Part shown: positions 1-9,903 of the stretch, one piece after another
How the letters are laid out: the number at the start of each line of letters is the position of its first letter
Position numbering within the stretch: the first letter of the stretch is position 1
Origin: Rhodospirillaceae bacterium
Lineage (GTDB): Bacteria; Pseudomonadota; Alphaproteobacteria; JAEUKQ01
Length of the DNA stretch: 64,000 nucleotides
NCBI GenBank assembly: GCA_016722635.1
Contig: JADKIX010000011.1
Location: 319,760-383,759, forward strand
Direction: 5' to 3'
Program-made: the position numbers and the translations under genes
Notes under the pieces: model-generated
Told to the model about the DNA's origin: nothing
Seen by the model: the letters and a program-made list of their open reading frames with translations, nothing else
Databases searched by the model: none

Positions 1-2120
1 TGGTTACCTGCTTATTTTTTTCAAACCTTCACCCTGCCAAAAATTGGCCTGATATGCTTGGCTGCGGCTTAGGCGGTTGCATCGGTTGGTGGATGAACAC
101 CCAATTGCAGCCAGCAGGGATGGATCATTCTTTCCTGATAATGGGGATATGCCTTGCGATTTTGGCCACTTTATTTATTTATATTGCAGATATACCCTGG
201 GCTACCTACAGGAATTTTATTCAGTTTTTAGCTCGTTTACTGAAAGCATCTCTGAAAACATTATGGGCGTTTGTCGCTTGGATATATAGGAAAATAGCGG
301 CTATTTTCACCCCCCAAACAGCTGATAATAAAGTTGCGGTGAATGATCCTACCATAAATGTTGGGGCACACAATCCGATGCAAAAACCGACAGCCATTCT
401 AAGGAAACCGCTTACCGCAACCCCCATTTTACTAAATCCGGCAACCCGAGCATTGGCAACAGATCAATCGGTATTACCTGTTAGACCTGAAATTTCAGCG
501 CTAGAAAAATCTTTGCCCGAAGCAAGCAGTCCTAAAAAACCGGTCAGAAAACGATTGTTTGATAAAAAACCTTCTCCAGAAAAAGTGGTGGCTGAGCCTG
601 TACGCTCGTCTTTCGAGCTCCCCCCTGTGGAATTAATGGCGCCACCCGCATCAAATGAAAAAATCCAAAAATTGAATGTGGAAGGATTGGAAAAAAACGC
701 CCGTTTACTCGAATCGATTTTAAACGATTTCGGTATCCAGGGGGATGTGGTGAATGTTCGCCCTGGTCCCGTTGTTACCCTGTATGAGCTTGAACCTGCA
801 CCGGGCACTAAGACTAGCCGGGTCATTGGCCTTGCCGATGATATTGCAAGATCGATGAGCGCTGTCTCCGTGCGTATCGCCGTGGTTCCCGGCCGCAGTG
901 TCATTGGCATTGAAATGCCTAACCAAAAACGGGAAATGGTCAGTTTTCGGGAACTGCTTTCGGACGACAGTTACAAAAAAAATACAGCCAGCTTAGCTTT
1001 AGCGTTAGGTAAGGACATTGGCGGCGGCCCTATTGTGGTGGATTTAGCCAAGATGCCGCATTTGTTGATTGCCGGAACCACGGGGTCAGGCAAATCGGTT
1101 GCCATCAATACCATGATCCTATCGCTTTTATATCGACTATCACCGGATCAGTGTAAATTCATCATGATTGACCCTAAAATGCTGGAATTATCTGTTTATG
1201 ATGGCATCCCCCATCTGTTATCCCCGGTGGTGACCGACCCGAAGAAGGCCATCGTTGCCTTAAAATGGACGGTACGGGAAATGGAAACAAGATACAGAGC
1301 CATGTCAAAACTGAGCGTCCGTAACATCGCTGGCTATAATGAGCGGATTGCCACTGCCAAAAAAACCGGCGAAATCTTGATGCACCGGGTTCAAACCGGA
1401 TTTGACCCAGCCACGGGCAAGCCTATCTTCGAAGAAGAACCTTTTGTTCTTGCCCCCCTGCCTTTTATCGTGGTGGTGGTGGATGAGATGGCCGATTTGA
1501 TGCTAGTGGCCGGGAAAGATATTGAAGCAACCATTCAGCGCCTAGCCCAAATGGCCAGGGCTGCCGGTATTCACATTATTATGGCCACCCAACGACCATC
1601 CGTTGATGTTATCACCGGCACCATTAAAGCCAATTTTCCCACCCGGATCAGTTTCCACGTTACCTCAAGAATTGATAGCCGCACTATTCTTAGTGAACAA
1701 GGGGCTGAACAATTATTAGGGCAGGGCGATATGCTGTATATGGGCCAGGGCGGCAAAATAATCCGTGTTCATGGGCCATTTGTTTCTGATCAAGAAGTTG
1801 AAAAAATCGTGCGGTTCCTCAAAGACCAGGGCCAGCCAAATTATATTGAAGAAATTACGGAAGACGAGAATGAAGCGGGTAATACCGACGATGCGGCGGA
1901 AGCGGATAATGGGGGTGACGATTTATATGACCAAGCCGTCTCTATTGTATCTAGGGAAAAGAAAGCTTCCACCAGTTTTATCCAACGCCATTTGCAAATC
2001 GGTTATAACCGGGCCGCAAGGATTATGGAGAAAATGGAAAAAGAAGGTGTGGTTAGTGCGGCGAACCATGTCGGCAAACGCGAAGTTTTGGGACGTCATA
2101 ATCAAGAGGAAATGCCATGA
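1..2120 (+). CDS. ftsK: DNA translocase FtsK; 5' partial, the reading frame is open to the window edge
   Basis: N-terminal TM helices; FtsK/SpoIIIE ATPase with Walker A GTTGSGKS; C-terminal gamma domain; stop overlaps lolA start (ATGA). Confidence 0.9.
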   Translation, partial: VTCLFFSNLHPAKNWPDMLGCGLGGCIGWWMNTQLQPAGMDHSFLIMGICLAILATLFIYIADIPWATYRNFIQFLARLLKASLKTLWAFVAWIYRKIAAIFTPQTADNKVAVNDPTINVGAHNPMQKPTAILRKPLTATPILLNPATRALATDQSVLPVRPEISALEKSLPEASSPKKPVRKRLFDKKPSPEKVVAEPVRSSFELPPVELMAPPASNEKIQKLNVEGLEKNARLLESILNDFGIQGDVVNVRPGPVVTLYELEPAPGTKTSRVIGLADDIARSMSAVSVRIAVVPGRSVIGIEMPNQKREMVSFRELLSDDSYKKNTASLALALGKDIGGGPIVVDLAKMPHLLIAGTTGSGKSVAINTMILSLLYRLSPDQCKFIMIDPKMLELSVYDGIPHLLSPVVTDPKKAIVALKWTVREMETRYRAMSKLSVRNIAGYNERIATAKKTGEILMHRVQTGFDPATGKPIFEEEPFVLAPLPFIVVVVDEMADLMLVAGKDIEATIQRLAQMARAAGIHIIMATQRPSVDVITGTIKANFPTRISFHVTSRIDSRTILSEQGAEQLLGQGDMLYMGQGGKIIRVHGPFVSDQEVEKIVRFLKDQGQPNYIEEITEDENEAGNTDDAAEADNGGDDLYDQAVSIVSREKKASTSFIQRHLQIGYNRAARIMEKMEKEGVVSAANHVGKREVLGRHNQEEMP

Positions 2121-2770
2121 GAAAACTATCTGTTTCTTTTATTTTACAGCGATTTATTTTTATCAATTTATTATTGGTAGGCCTTTTCAGCAGTCGGTTT
2201 TCCTTGGCTGCCCCTCCCGCAATCCCTTTGACGGAGCAAGATATAAAAGATTTAAAAAAAGTGGAGGAATATTTTAACAACATCCAAACCTTGCAAGCGA
2301 ATTTTAGCCAATATACCAAGTCAGGAATGTCCACAGGTACAATGTACATACGTAGGCCCAACCAAATGCGGGTGGAATATAACCCACCTATCCCCGTACT
2401 GATTGTCGCCAGCGGCCGGTTGGTTAGTTATTATGACAAAGAATTAAACCAATTAACGGAAGCGCCTTTATCCTCAACCCCATTGGGGTTAATTTTGGCG
2501 CAACCCTTTAGTTTGCAAAAAGGCACAACCATTACGAAAATAGCGCGCTCCCCCCAGGAATTGCAAGTCATCTTATATCAATCAGATGCACCAGATGCGG
2601 GCTTATTAGAGCTGGTTTTTACGACAACCCCTTTCCAGATAAAATATTGGCGAATCATTGATTCGGCAAATCGCGGCACCCAGGTGGTCATTAGTAACAT
2701 CAAGCTGAACAGTCCCTTAAGCAACAACCTGTTTGCTCGCCCCTCTCAGACAGAAAGGGATACCCGGTAA
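2117..2770 (+). CDS. lolA: outer-membrane lipoprotein carrier protein LolA
   Basis: signal peptide, about 200 aa, LolA-like [10 protein letters not shown] region; conserved ftsK-lolA synteny. Confidence 0.8.
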   Translation: MRKLSVSFILQRFIFINLLLVGLFSSRFSLAAPPAIPLTEQDIKDLKKVEEYFNNIQTLQANFSQYTKSGMSTGTMYIRRPNQMRVEYNPPIPVLIVASGRLVSYYDKELNQLTEAPLSSTPLGLILAQPFSLQKGTTITKIARSPQELQVILYQSDAPDAGLLELVFTTTPFQIKYWRIIDSANRGTQVVISNIKLNSPLSNNLFARPSQTERDTR

Positions 2771-2914
2771 CCACTTCAAAGAAAGCGTTATCAAAAAGCG
2801 GCCTCTTTTACTCGGATACCCCAACCTAGTAGAAGAGGATTTGACGAACATTTTGTTTTCCCATAAAATCCTTCCTGTGTGACATCGTTTTAACTTCAAA
2901 TCTTTTGGTCAATC

Positions 2915-3694
2915 ATGGCAAAATTGTCTGTATCTGCCCCTGTTATCGGAATTCCAGCTTGCATTAAGGAACTTGAACTAACCCCTTTTCATGCCGTTAA
3001 CCAAAAATATATTATGGCGGTTATTCAAGGGCTGGATGCTATTCCTATGATCATTCCGGCCATGGGCAGTGTTTTGAATTTTGATGGATTGTTAACCAAA
3101 GTCGACGGGTTGCTTTTCCCCGGCAGTGTTTCCAATATCCAGCCTCATCATTATAAAGGGGATGCAGACAGGCCAGACAGCCCACAAGATCCCGCCCGTG
3201 ATTCGACCACCCTTCCGTTGCTACGTGCAGCCATCCACCAAGCAAAGCCCTTCTTATGTATTTGCCGGGGTATGCAAGAACTGAACGTTTCGTTGGGAGG
3301 CAGTTTATATCAACAAATTCACCAGGTCAGCGGTAAAATGGACCACCGGGAAGTGGGCCATGCGACCGCCAAAGAAAAATATATGCCGCGCCATCCCATC
3401 CATATTCAAGACCATAGTGTACTGTCCAAAATTTATGGCCAACCTACGGCGAAAGTCAATTCGCTGCATTGGCAGGGAATTAACCAGTTGGCAGCAGCCT
3501 TGCAGATTGAGGCCACCGCCCCAGATGGCATTATTGAAGCGGTATCGGTTAAAAATGCCGCAACTTTCATGATGGGGGTACAATGGCATCCCGAATATGA
3601 TCTGGATGACCCCTTATCAAAAGCGATTTTCCAAGCTTTTAAAGCAGCGATCTGGCCAACAGATTCCAAGATGGCCAAGCGGAAGGCTGCGTAA
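2915..3694 (+). CDS. class I glutamine amidotransferase, gamma-glutamyl-GABA hydrolase (PuuD/peptidase C26) family
   Basis: catalytic CICRGMQ cysteine motif and WHPE histidine motif. Confidence 0.75.
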   Translation: MAKLSVSAPVIGIPACIKELELTPFHAVNQKYIMAVIQGLDAIPMIIPAMGSVLNFDGLLTKVDGLLFPGSVSNIQPHHYKGDADRPDSPQDPARDSTTLPLLRAAIHQAKPFLCICRGMQELNVSLGGSLYQQIHQVSGKMDHREVGHATAKEKYMPRHPIHIQDHSVLSKIYGQPTAKVNSLHWQGINQLAAALQIEATAPDGIIEAVSVKNAATFMMGVQWHPEYDLDDPLSKAIFQAFKAAIWPTDSKMAKRKAA

Positions 3695-3712
3695 AATACT
3701 TGACCTGGTCAG

Positions 3713-4549
3713 GTGTGTGAGAAAAGAATTTCCACCATTTCAGAAAGTCTCTTGGCCTTGCGAATTGCTACATGGAATGTCAACTCTGTTCGTTTGCGCC
3801 TGCCATTGTTGGCTGCTTATATCCAGCAATCACAACCTGATGTCATCTGCCTTCAAGAAACCAAAGTGGTTGATCAGGCTTTTCCCCAAGAATTTTTCCG
3901 CCAGTACGGTTATCCCCACCAACTGGTTTCCGGTATGAAAAGCTATAATGGCATGGCCGTCTTATCAAAAATTCCCTTCCATCCTTATCTGAAAAGATCG
4001 TGGTGCGATTTAGAAGATTGCCGGCATATTTCGGTAAAGCTTGAAAATAATAGGATTATTCATAATTTTTATGTCCCCGCAGGCGGCGATATTCCCGATT
4101 CGGCGGTCAATAAAAAATTTGCTCATAAATTGCAGTTTGTCCAGGAAATGGCTAGTTTTTTAAAAACCACCCACCTGCCCAGTGACCCAGTGATTATTTT
4201 GGGAGATTTTAATATTGCCCCCTTGCCCCAAGATGTATGGTCCCATCAACAGCTGCTGGGGGTCGTCAGCCATACTCCGATAGAGACAAATCATTTGGAG
4301 AAAGTCCGGGAGTCCCTTGCTTGGGTTGATGCCGTTCGCCAGTTTTTTCCCGCTGACCAGAAATTATATAGTTGGTGGAGTTACCGGGCGGCTGATTGGC
4401 AAAAAAGCAACCGCGGGCGCCGGTTGGATCATATTTGGGTTACACCGTCTTTAAAGCCTTATCTCCACCATGCTGAAATTATCACCCATGCCCGGGGGTG
4501 GCCCACTCCTTCTGATCATGTGCCCGTCCATATTGATTTGGGGAATTAG
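3713..4549 (+). CDS. xth: exodeoxyribonuclease III
   Basis: IATWNVNS...LQETK motif of the ExoIII/APE family. Confidence 0.85.
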   Translation: MCEKRISTISESLLALRIATWNVNSVRLRLPLLAAYIQQSQPDVICLQETKVVDQAFPQEFFRQYGYPHQLVSGMKSYNGMAVLSKIPFHPYLKRSWCDLEDCRHISVKLENNRIIHNFYVPAGGDIPDSAVNKKFAHKLQFVQEMASFLKTTHLPSDPVIILGDFNIAPLPQDVWSHQQLLGVVSHTPIETNHLEKVRESLAWVDAVRQFFPADQKLYSWWSYRAADWQKSNRGRRLDHIWVTPSLKPYLHHAEIITHARGWPTPSDHVPVHIDLGN

Positions 4550-4559
4550 GACTTGTCAT

Positions 4560-5078
4560 TTATGACGCATCATAGATAAGTTTGTATTTCCGAGACATTC
4601 TATCCATAGTCAAACGCAGGGGGAACCCCCCTTGCAGTTTTTGCCGCAGCCTGTAGATGTGGCTTTCCACCGTTCGGGTTTCAATATTATTGGCATAACC
4701 CCAAATTTCTTTTAGTAAATCCTTGCGGTTCAACCCTTCCGGCCGATGATGCAATGCTTTTAAAATGGCTATTTCTTTTTCCGTTAAATAGACTTTTTTA
4801 TTGTTTTTTTTACAAAATATATATTGCTGCAAAGGATCAAAAAGATAGAGATCTGTTTCAATTGGTTTCCGTTCATTATTTTGCAACAGCAACTGTAAAT
4901 ACTCAACCAACTGCTGCAGACGGAATGGTTTTTGCAGCCATTTGATCCCGCCTTGACGATATTCAGCCTCCCTATCGGTGGCCGCACTCAGGATAAGAAG
5001 TGGTTGATCTGGACTGGCATGTCTAAAATTTGCCAAAAAATCGTCCATAACCCCTTGATCAAAGCCATCAAGATCCAA
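4560..5078 (-). CDS. OmpR-family response regulator, disrupted; the intact gene would span 4560..5214, with a +1 frameshift in the T5 run at 5171-5175
   Basis: C-terminal winged-helix trans_reg_C domain plus the C-terminal two thirds of a receiver (LDLDGF...LSAAT...QKPF); upstream in-frame and -1-frame segments encode the missing beta1-alpha1-beta2 (MVVSHDVFLISIIK / TDLGNKLGIAVDYTQELSDIY). Confidence 0.7.
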   Translation of the reverse strand: MDLDGFDQGVMDDFLANFRHASPDQPLLILSAATDREAEYRQGGIKWLQKPFRLQQLVEYLQLLLQNNERKPIETDLYLFDPLQQYIFCKKNNKKVYLTEKEIAILKALHHRPEGLNRKDLLKEIWGYANNIETRTVESHIYRLRQKLQGGFPLRLTMDRMSRKYKLIYDAS

Positions 5079-5376
5079 AACAATGACAGGCTTATGAGGA
5101 CGTGGTGGGTATATATCAGATAGCTCTTGGGTGTAATCAACAGCAATTCCTAATTTATTACCTAAATCAGTTTTTAATAATTGAGATCAAAAAAACGTCA
5201 TGGCTTACCACCATGATTTGAGCCGGGATAGCTTTGTTATTTTTTAAATGGCCCAAGTTTTCTTCCTTTTGCTCCCTGCAGCTAATTTTTCTTAACCATT
5301 CTCATCGTAATATGTCATATATTATAAAATTGATTATGAAACAGTGCCAACATTTTATTTTAAACGATAAGAACCC

Positions 5377-6495
5377 ATGACTGCGAAAGAACCACAGCCC
5401 TACATCTCAGCCTCTGCCCTAACCTACCGTTGCATCAGCGAAATAAAGCGCGGCAATCCTGTTATTTTGCAGCATCCAGCGGCCGCTTGCTTTTTTATAG
5501 CTTTAGACAGCTTGTCGGCTGCCGGATGGCGCCAATTATCCGCCCAATTTTCCGCAGATTGGCGTTTAGTCATTAGCCAGAACCGGTTATCCAGCCTGGA
5601 ACAACAGCCGCTTCCTCCTCCTGCGTCTAACCAGGCAGTCGTCCGATCCTTACCAACCTGTTCTTATCAACAGCTCCGTGAATTATTATCGCTGGATGCT
5701 TTACCAACAACAGCTTACATTTCATCTAACACTCTTACTGTTGACATAGCCGAGAAAACCGCCCTTGCTTTGTTAAGACAAGCCGGTTTAATGCCCTTGG
5801 GAATCAGCCAATTTTTGCTGGCCGAATCGATTCCTTCTTATACAGGAAAGCATCATATTCTCTCTTTCAGTCTGGATCAATTGCAACCCATAGGCTCACC
5901 CAACAAAGAAGTGGATTTTGTAGTGGAAACCCTACTGCCCCTGACTGCTGCCGAAGAAAGCCGCATTATTTTATTTCGGGAAAAGGGCGCTGAAACAGAA
6001 CATATGGCTGTCATTATCGGTAACCCCGATTTCACCAAACCCGCGCTTACCCGGATTCATTCATCCTGTTTAACGGGTGATGTGCTTGGCAGTTTACGCT
6101 GTGATTGCGGGTCACAACTGCAACAATCAATTGAATATATGGCAAAACACGGGGGCGGGGTTTTAATTTATTTATTACAAGAAGGCCGCAATATCGGTTT
6201 GGCCAACAAACTACGCTCCTATCATTTGCAAAACCAAGGTTTGGATACGTTGGCAGCCAATTGGCATTTAGGGTTTTCGGCGGATGAACGCTCTTTTGAG
6301 CTGGCCACCATTTTGCTAAAACATTTGGGGATTTCGTCTATCCAACTGCTATCTAACAACCCCTTGAAATCACAGGCCCTGCAAGCAGGCGGGATAAAAA
6401 TTGACCGGATGGTGCCGATGCTGGGACGCCGCAATGCTTTTAATCAGGATTATTTAAAAACAAAAAAACAAAAAATGGGACATCATTTGTCATAG
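5377..6495 (+). CDS. ribA: GTP cyclohydrolase II (RibA) with a degenerate DHBP-synthase (RibB)-like N-terminal domain
   Basis: RIHSSCLTGD...RCDCGSQL zinc and GTP-binding motifs; N-domain keeps the RibB-like ALALLRQAGLMPLGISQFLL segment but lacks the NEGDL and HTE catalytic motifs. Confidence 0.75.
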   Translation: MTAKEPQPYISASALTYRCISEIKRGNPVILQHPAAACFFIALDSLSAAGWRQLSAQFSADWRLVISQNRLSSLEQQPLPPPASNQAVVRSLPTCSYQQLRELLSLDALPTTAYISSNTLTVDIAEKTALALLRQAGLMPLGISQFLLAESIPSYTGKHHILSFSLDQLQPIGSPNKEVDFVVETLLPLTAAEESRIILFREKGAETEHMAVIIGNPDFTKPALTRIHSSCLTGDVLGSLRCDCGSQLQQSIEYMAKHGGGVLIYLLQEGRNIGLANKLRSYHLQNQGLDTLAANWHLGFSADERSFELATILLKHLGISSIQLLSNNPLKSQALQAGGIKIDRMVPMLGRRNAFNQDYLKTKKQKMGHHLS

Positions 6496-6589
6496 AAGCT
6501 GACACCTGACCCTTTTTTTTAAGCACTGTAGCCATAAAAACGGTTGGAGGATTTTATTGCTTAGCATCGATTTTGGTGGTTTTTCATCC

Positions 6590-7279
6590 CTAGTTATTTG
6601 GGAGACGGGGGCCAAAAATTTTTGTCCCCAACCTTAATTGAGTGGAACCTAAGCGAATCGCGATTGGGTAATCCTGGCTCATCCCCATGCTTAGTTCTTT
6701 TAAGCCGCAGCGCTGGGCTAAACCATATAACAGGCTGAAATGCGGGGCAGGATGTTGATCTGCGGGCGGGATGGCCATTAATCCTTTAACTTTTAATCCC
6801 AAATTTTGGCAGAAACTAACCAATTCTTGGGTTTTTTGTGGCGCAATCCCGCTTTTTTGGTCTTCATTTCCTGTATTTACTTGCACAAAATATTCTTTTT
6901 GCAGGGATTGTTTCTGTTGTTCTTTGGCTAGCATTTCTGCCAATTTTGGTCGGTCTACACTTTCAATCACATCAAACAAGGATAAAGCAGCAGCAACCTT
7001 ATTGGTTTGTAAAGGGCCAATGATGTGCAGCCGCAATTTAGGACAGGACGAACGCAAAATGGGCCATTTCTCCAACGCTTCCTGCACATAATTTTCCCCA
7101 AACAATTGATGGCCTGCTTCCAATAAGCTCTTTATGAGCTCCGCTGGCTGTTGTTTGCCAACCACCAATATTTCGCACGAATCACTCGATCGACTTGCTT
7201 GCATCAGCAAAGAATGAATTTCTTGTTGGGTTTTTTGGTATGTATCAATCAAGCTATTGTGCATGGCCTGCTTCATCAT
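6590..7279 (-). CDS. yggS: YggS-family pyridoxal-phosphate homeostasis protein; true start is probably a few codons internal, near 7264
   Basis: alanine-racemase-N fold motifs ILVVGKQQP, GENYVQE, IGPLQTNK. Confidence 0.8.
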   Translation of the reverse strand: MMKQAMHNSLIDTYQKTQQEIHSLLMQASRSSDSCEILVVGKQQPAELIKSLLEAGHQLFGENYVQEALEKWPILRSSCPKLRLHIIGPLQTNKVAAALSLFDVIESVDRPKLAEMLAKEQQKQSLQKEYFVQVNTGNEDQKSGIAPQKTQELVSFCQNLGLKVKGLMAIPPADQHPAPHFSLLYGLAQRCGLKELSMGMSQDYPIAIRLGSTQLRLGTKIFGPRLPNN

Positions 7280-7322
7280 TCAAAATGTTTGGATAAAAAC
7301 CTACCTGAGGCCCTTGACCAAT

Positions 7323-7352
7323 AAAAAAGAGGGGACAAACTATGCCCCCTCT
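7323..7352 (-). terminator. rho-independent terminator downstream of the porin gene
   Basis: inverted repeat agaggggac / gccccctct with a 7-nt loop, followed by a T6 run on the minus strand. Confidence 0.55.
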
Positions 7353-7374
7353 TTTCATCCTAACGATATCAAAA

Positions 7375-8484
7375 CTAGAAGCCGATCGTCATACCAAATT
7401 GGAAGGTATACGACTTATAGTTATCATTTCCAGCAATCTTTGCCTTATAAACATCATGGGTAACCGCGCCATCTAAAGTCACGCCAGTTCCTAAAGCATA
7501 AGAGGTGGTGATCATATAAACATCATGGGTATCTTTTTTGGAGACATTGTCCAAGTCATACCAAGCGCGCAGCCAGGTAAAGCCGAACTTGAACGCGTCC
7601 ATTTGCCATGTGCCTGTTAAACCAAAGGTTTTGCTGTCCAAAGTATGAGCGCTACCCAAGTTAAATCCTTGTTGATAGCCCATGCCCAAGCTTAAATTGC
7701 CGAAGGTAACCGCACCACCAAACTGGTAGTAGCTGGCTTTCCCGCTGCCTTTATTGGTTTCAGGGTCAAATGCTTTTTCCCAACCGGCATAGGCGCTAAC
7801 GCCAAAGCTGCCAATGGTCACATCATAGGTGGCCCCTAATGACCATTCCCTGGAATCACCACTATTGCCACCATTCAGACCGCCTGCTGACCCATCCGGG
7901 AAGTTACTGGCATCATCTTCGGTATCATCAATCATGTAAGATGTGGCCACCCGGAACCCACCGAAAGATGGCGAGAAATAGGCAATCTTGGTTCCTTTAT
8001 CGTTAATAGTATTGCAAACGTCTGTTGAGTCACTATTAACTAATTGCAGACCGTCTCTACCCAAATTGCTGAAATTCATGGCGCCAGCAACCGGGAAAGC
8101 ATCGGAAGCTGTGCTTAAACCACCGCACAATAACCCAGCAGCGCTGCCAAAGTTACCAATACGCACTTCACCCAAGCCACTCTTTAAGTAAGCATAGGTG
8201 GCATCGATTTGATCGCCCTTTGTTTGACCTTCCAACTCGAATTTAACGCCAGCTGTGACCCCGATATCCATCGTGAATTCGCCGCTAAAATGAACTTCGG
8301 TATTTTGCTTTAAATTGGCGTTGCGACGGCCATCACCTTCGCTATATTTACTATCAGCGGTAAAACCGAGGGCTGCGTGATAAAAGCCAGAAATACCCAA
8401 TTTTAACGGCTCGCCTGCATTAGCAGCCGAGAAAGAAGCAACACTCATCAGTAATGTGCTACCCAAAAGAATTTTTTTCATCAT
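7375..8484 (-). CDS. outer-membrane porin (Gram-negative beta-barrel porin family)
   Basis: signal peptide, alternating amphipathic beta-strand pattern, Gly/Ser/aromatic rich, C-terminal ...MTIGF with terminal Phe. Confidence 0.7.
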   Translation of the reverse strand: MMKKILLGSTLLMSVASFSAANAGEPLKLGISGFYHAALGFTADSKYSEGDGRRNANLKQNTEVHFSGEFTMDIGVTAGVKFELEGQTKGDQIDATYAYLKSGLGEVRIGNFGSAAGLLCGGLSTASDAFPVAGAMNFSNLGRDGLQLVNSDSTDVCNTINDKGTKIAYFSPSFGGFRVATSYMIDDTEDDASNFPDGSAGGLNGGNSGDSREWSLGATYDVTIGSFGVSAYAGWEKAFDPETNKGSGKASYYQFGGAVTFGNLSLGMGYQQGFNLGSAHTLDSKTFGLTGTWQMDAFKFGFTWLRAWYDLDNVSKKDTHDVYMITTSYALGTGVTLDGAVTHDVYKAKIAGNDNYKSYTFQFGMTIGF

Positions 8485-9132
8485 CTTTGGTTTCCCAAGT
8501 TAAAAGTTAATTAAATACAAAAATTTCACCTGAAAAAGTCTTCCTTAGAAGAAAAACTGTACCCCTGCAAAATTTTTAACAAAACCATAAAGAATATATA
8601 ATATTCTGAAGTCCAGGATACCGCCCTATTTGTTATACTCCAACTTGCCGACACTCGGCATTTTCGAATAAAACGTTAGATGTTTCGTGTAAGCCCCTGA
8701 ACAATAAGAAAAAATATATATTTAATGCTTAACAGTTTTTCATCTTATCTAGGTAACTGGCGTGGTCAAGCGTATTCTATGCTGAATCCCACCAGATTAT
8801 AAGATTTTTTTACTGCTGTTGCAGTTATGCAACATTGGCCTATGCATGCATGACGATTATTTGATTGCACTCGTTCACTGTTGCTGGCCTGAGTGTTTTG
8901 TCCCGTCGAGGCCACCCTGATCTTGATAAGAGGCCATTCCCGAACATTGCGGCCCTTATGTTAGGCCACCTGGTCAATAAAGAATAGTCACTCCTAAAAT
9001 ATTAAGGAAGGCTGACCAAATCGGCCAGTTTGTTTTGTAAATGGATTGATATGTTCCATAAAAAAATGCTACCATTTCCTAATATAATTGTGTATTGTTG
9101 ACCCTATAATATGATTATTTCAGGAGTATCCG

Positions 9133-9718
9133 ATGTTGACCACCCCTTCTGTTCCGAAAAAGCTTTGCTTAAACACCTCTTTTTCATACCGTGTCTGCAC
9201 GAAACTTTTGCTGATTTCCTTCGCCGGTTTTATCCTGGCCAATTGTTCTGCTGGGGATCCCAATGATCCTGGTATCCAAGGGGCGACGGGGGCTGAGCAG
9301 CGGCGCATCCGCAACGGCGGCAATCAAACGGTTTGGGGCGATGGCGGCTTGAACTTATTTGGCAAAAACAATAAGGGGCCGGTCGTGGTTGAAGGGGTTG
9401 GGGTCAACAGCTTTCCTGTGGCGCGCCTCCCTGGATGCTATTTCCTTTATGCCGCTGGTTTCTGCTGATCCTTTTGGCGGTGTCATCATTACCGATTGGT
9501 ATAGCAGTCCGGAACTCCCAAATGAGCGGTTTAAGGTGAATGTACGGATTTTAACCCGTGATCTGCGGGCAGATGGGATTAGCATTTCCTTATTCCGCCA
9601 AACCCGGACAAATGCCAATGCCGCATGGGCAGATGCCATTACCAGCAAAAAGGCTATCCGCGATTTAGAAGATGCGGTTTTGGCCCGCGCCCGCGAATTA
9701 CGAATCGGCGCCCGTTAA
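9133..9718 (+). pseudogene. alphaproteobacterial lipoprotein (DUF3576-like), split by a +1 frameshift at the TTT run 9412-9414
   Basis: ORF 9133-9468 carries a signal peptide/lipobox and ORF 9359-9718 carries the conserved domain (AFLWRASLD...GGVIITDWY); removing one T gives a continuous ...GVNSFLWRASLD... Confidence 0.6.
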
Positions 9719-9903
9719 TTCAAGTCGCCTGAAAAAAGATCAGGGTTTTGATCAATCCCCTCCTTATATTTAAGGCACGGCTTGGATATAATGCTAGGGG
9801 CGAGGATATAGGGAACCTGGTATGAAAGGGTTAGGTGAATTGGCCTTTTGTACCAGAGGGATTCATAGCGATAGAATGGTTTTATTTGAGAGCGATGGGG
9901 CAA

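Noticed and set aside
5187-5189. In-frame TGA inside the upstream part of the response regulator, as possible UGA recoding (Hodgkinia-like)
   Set aside because: TGA clearly serves as a stop elsewhere in the window (for example the ftsK stop overlapping the lolA start). A single homopolymer frameshift explains the structure better.
5100-5376. FMN riboswitch (RFN element) upstream of ribA
   Set aside because: None of the conserved RFN core sequences are present; the region is simply AT-rich.
8485-9132. tRNA, tmRNA, RNase P RNA or SRP RNA in the long intergenic region
   Set aside because: None of the hallmark conserved blocks (T-arm GGTTCGANTCC, RNase P GGAAAGTCCGGGCTCC, SRP GGAAGCAGCC) could be found by eye; left as an open sRNA/UTR candidate only.
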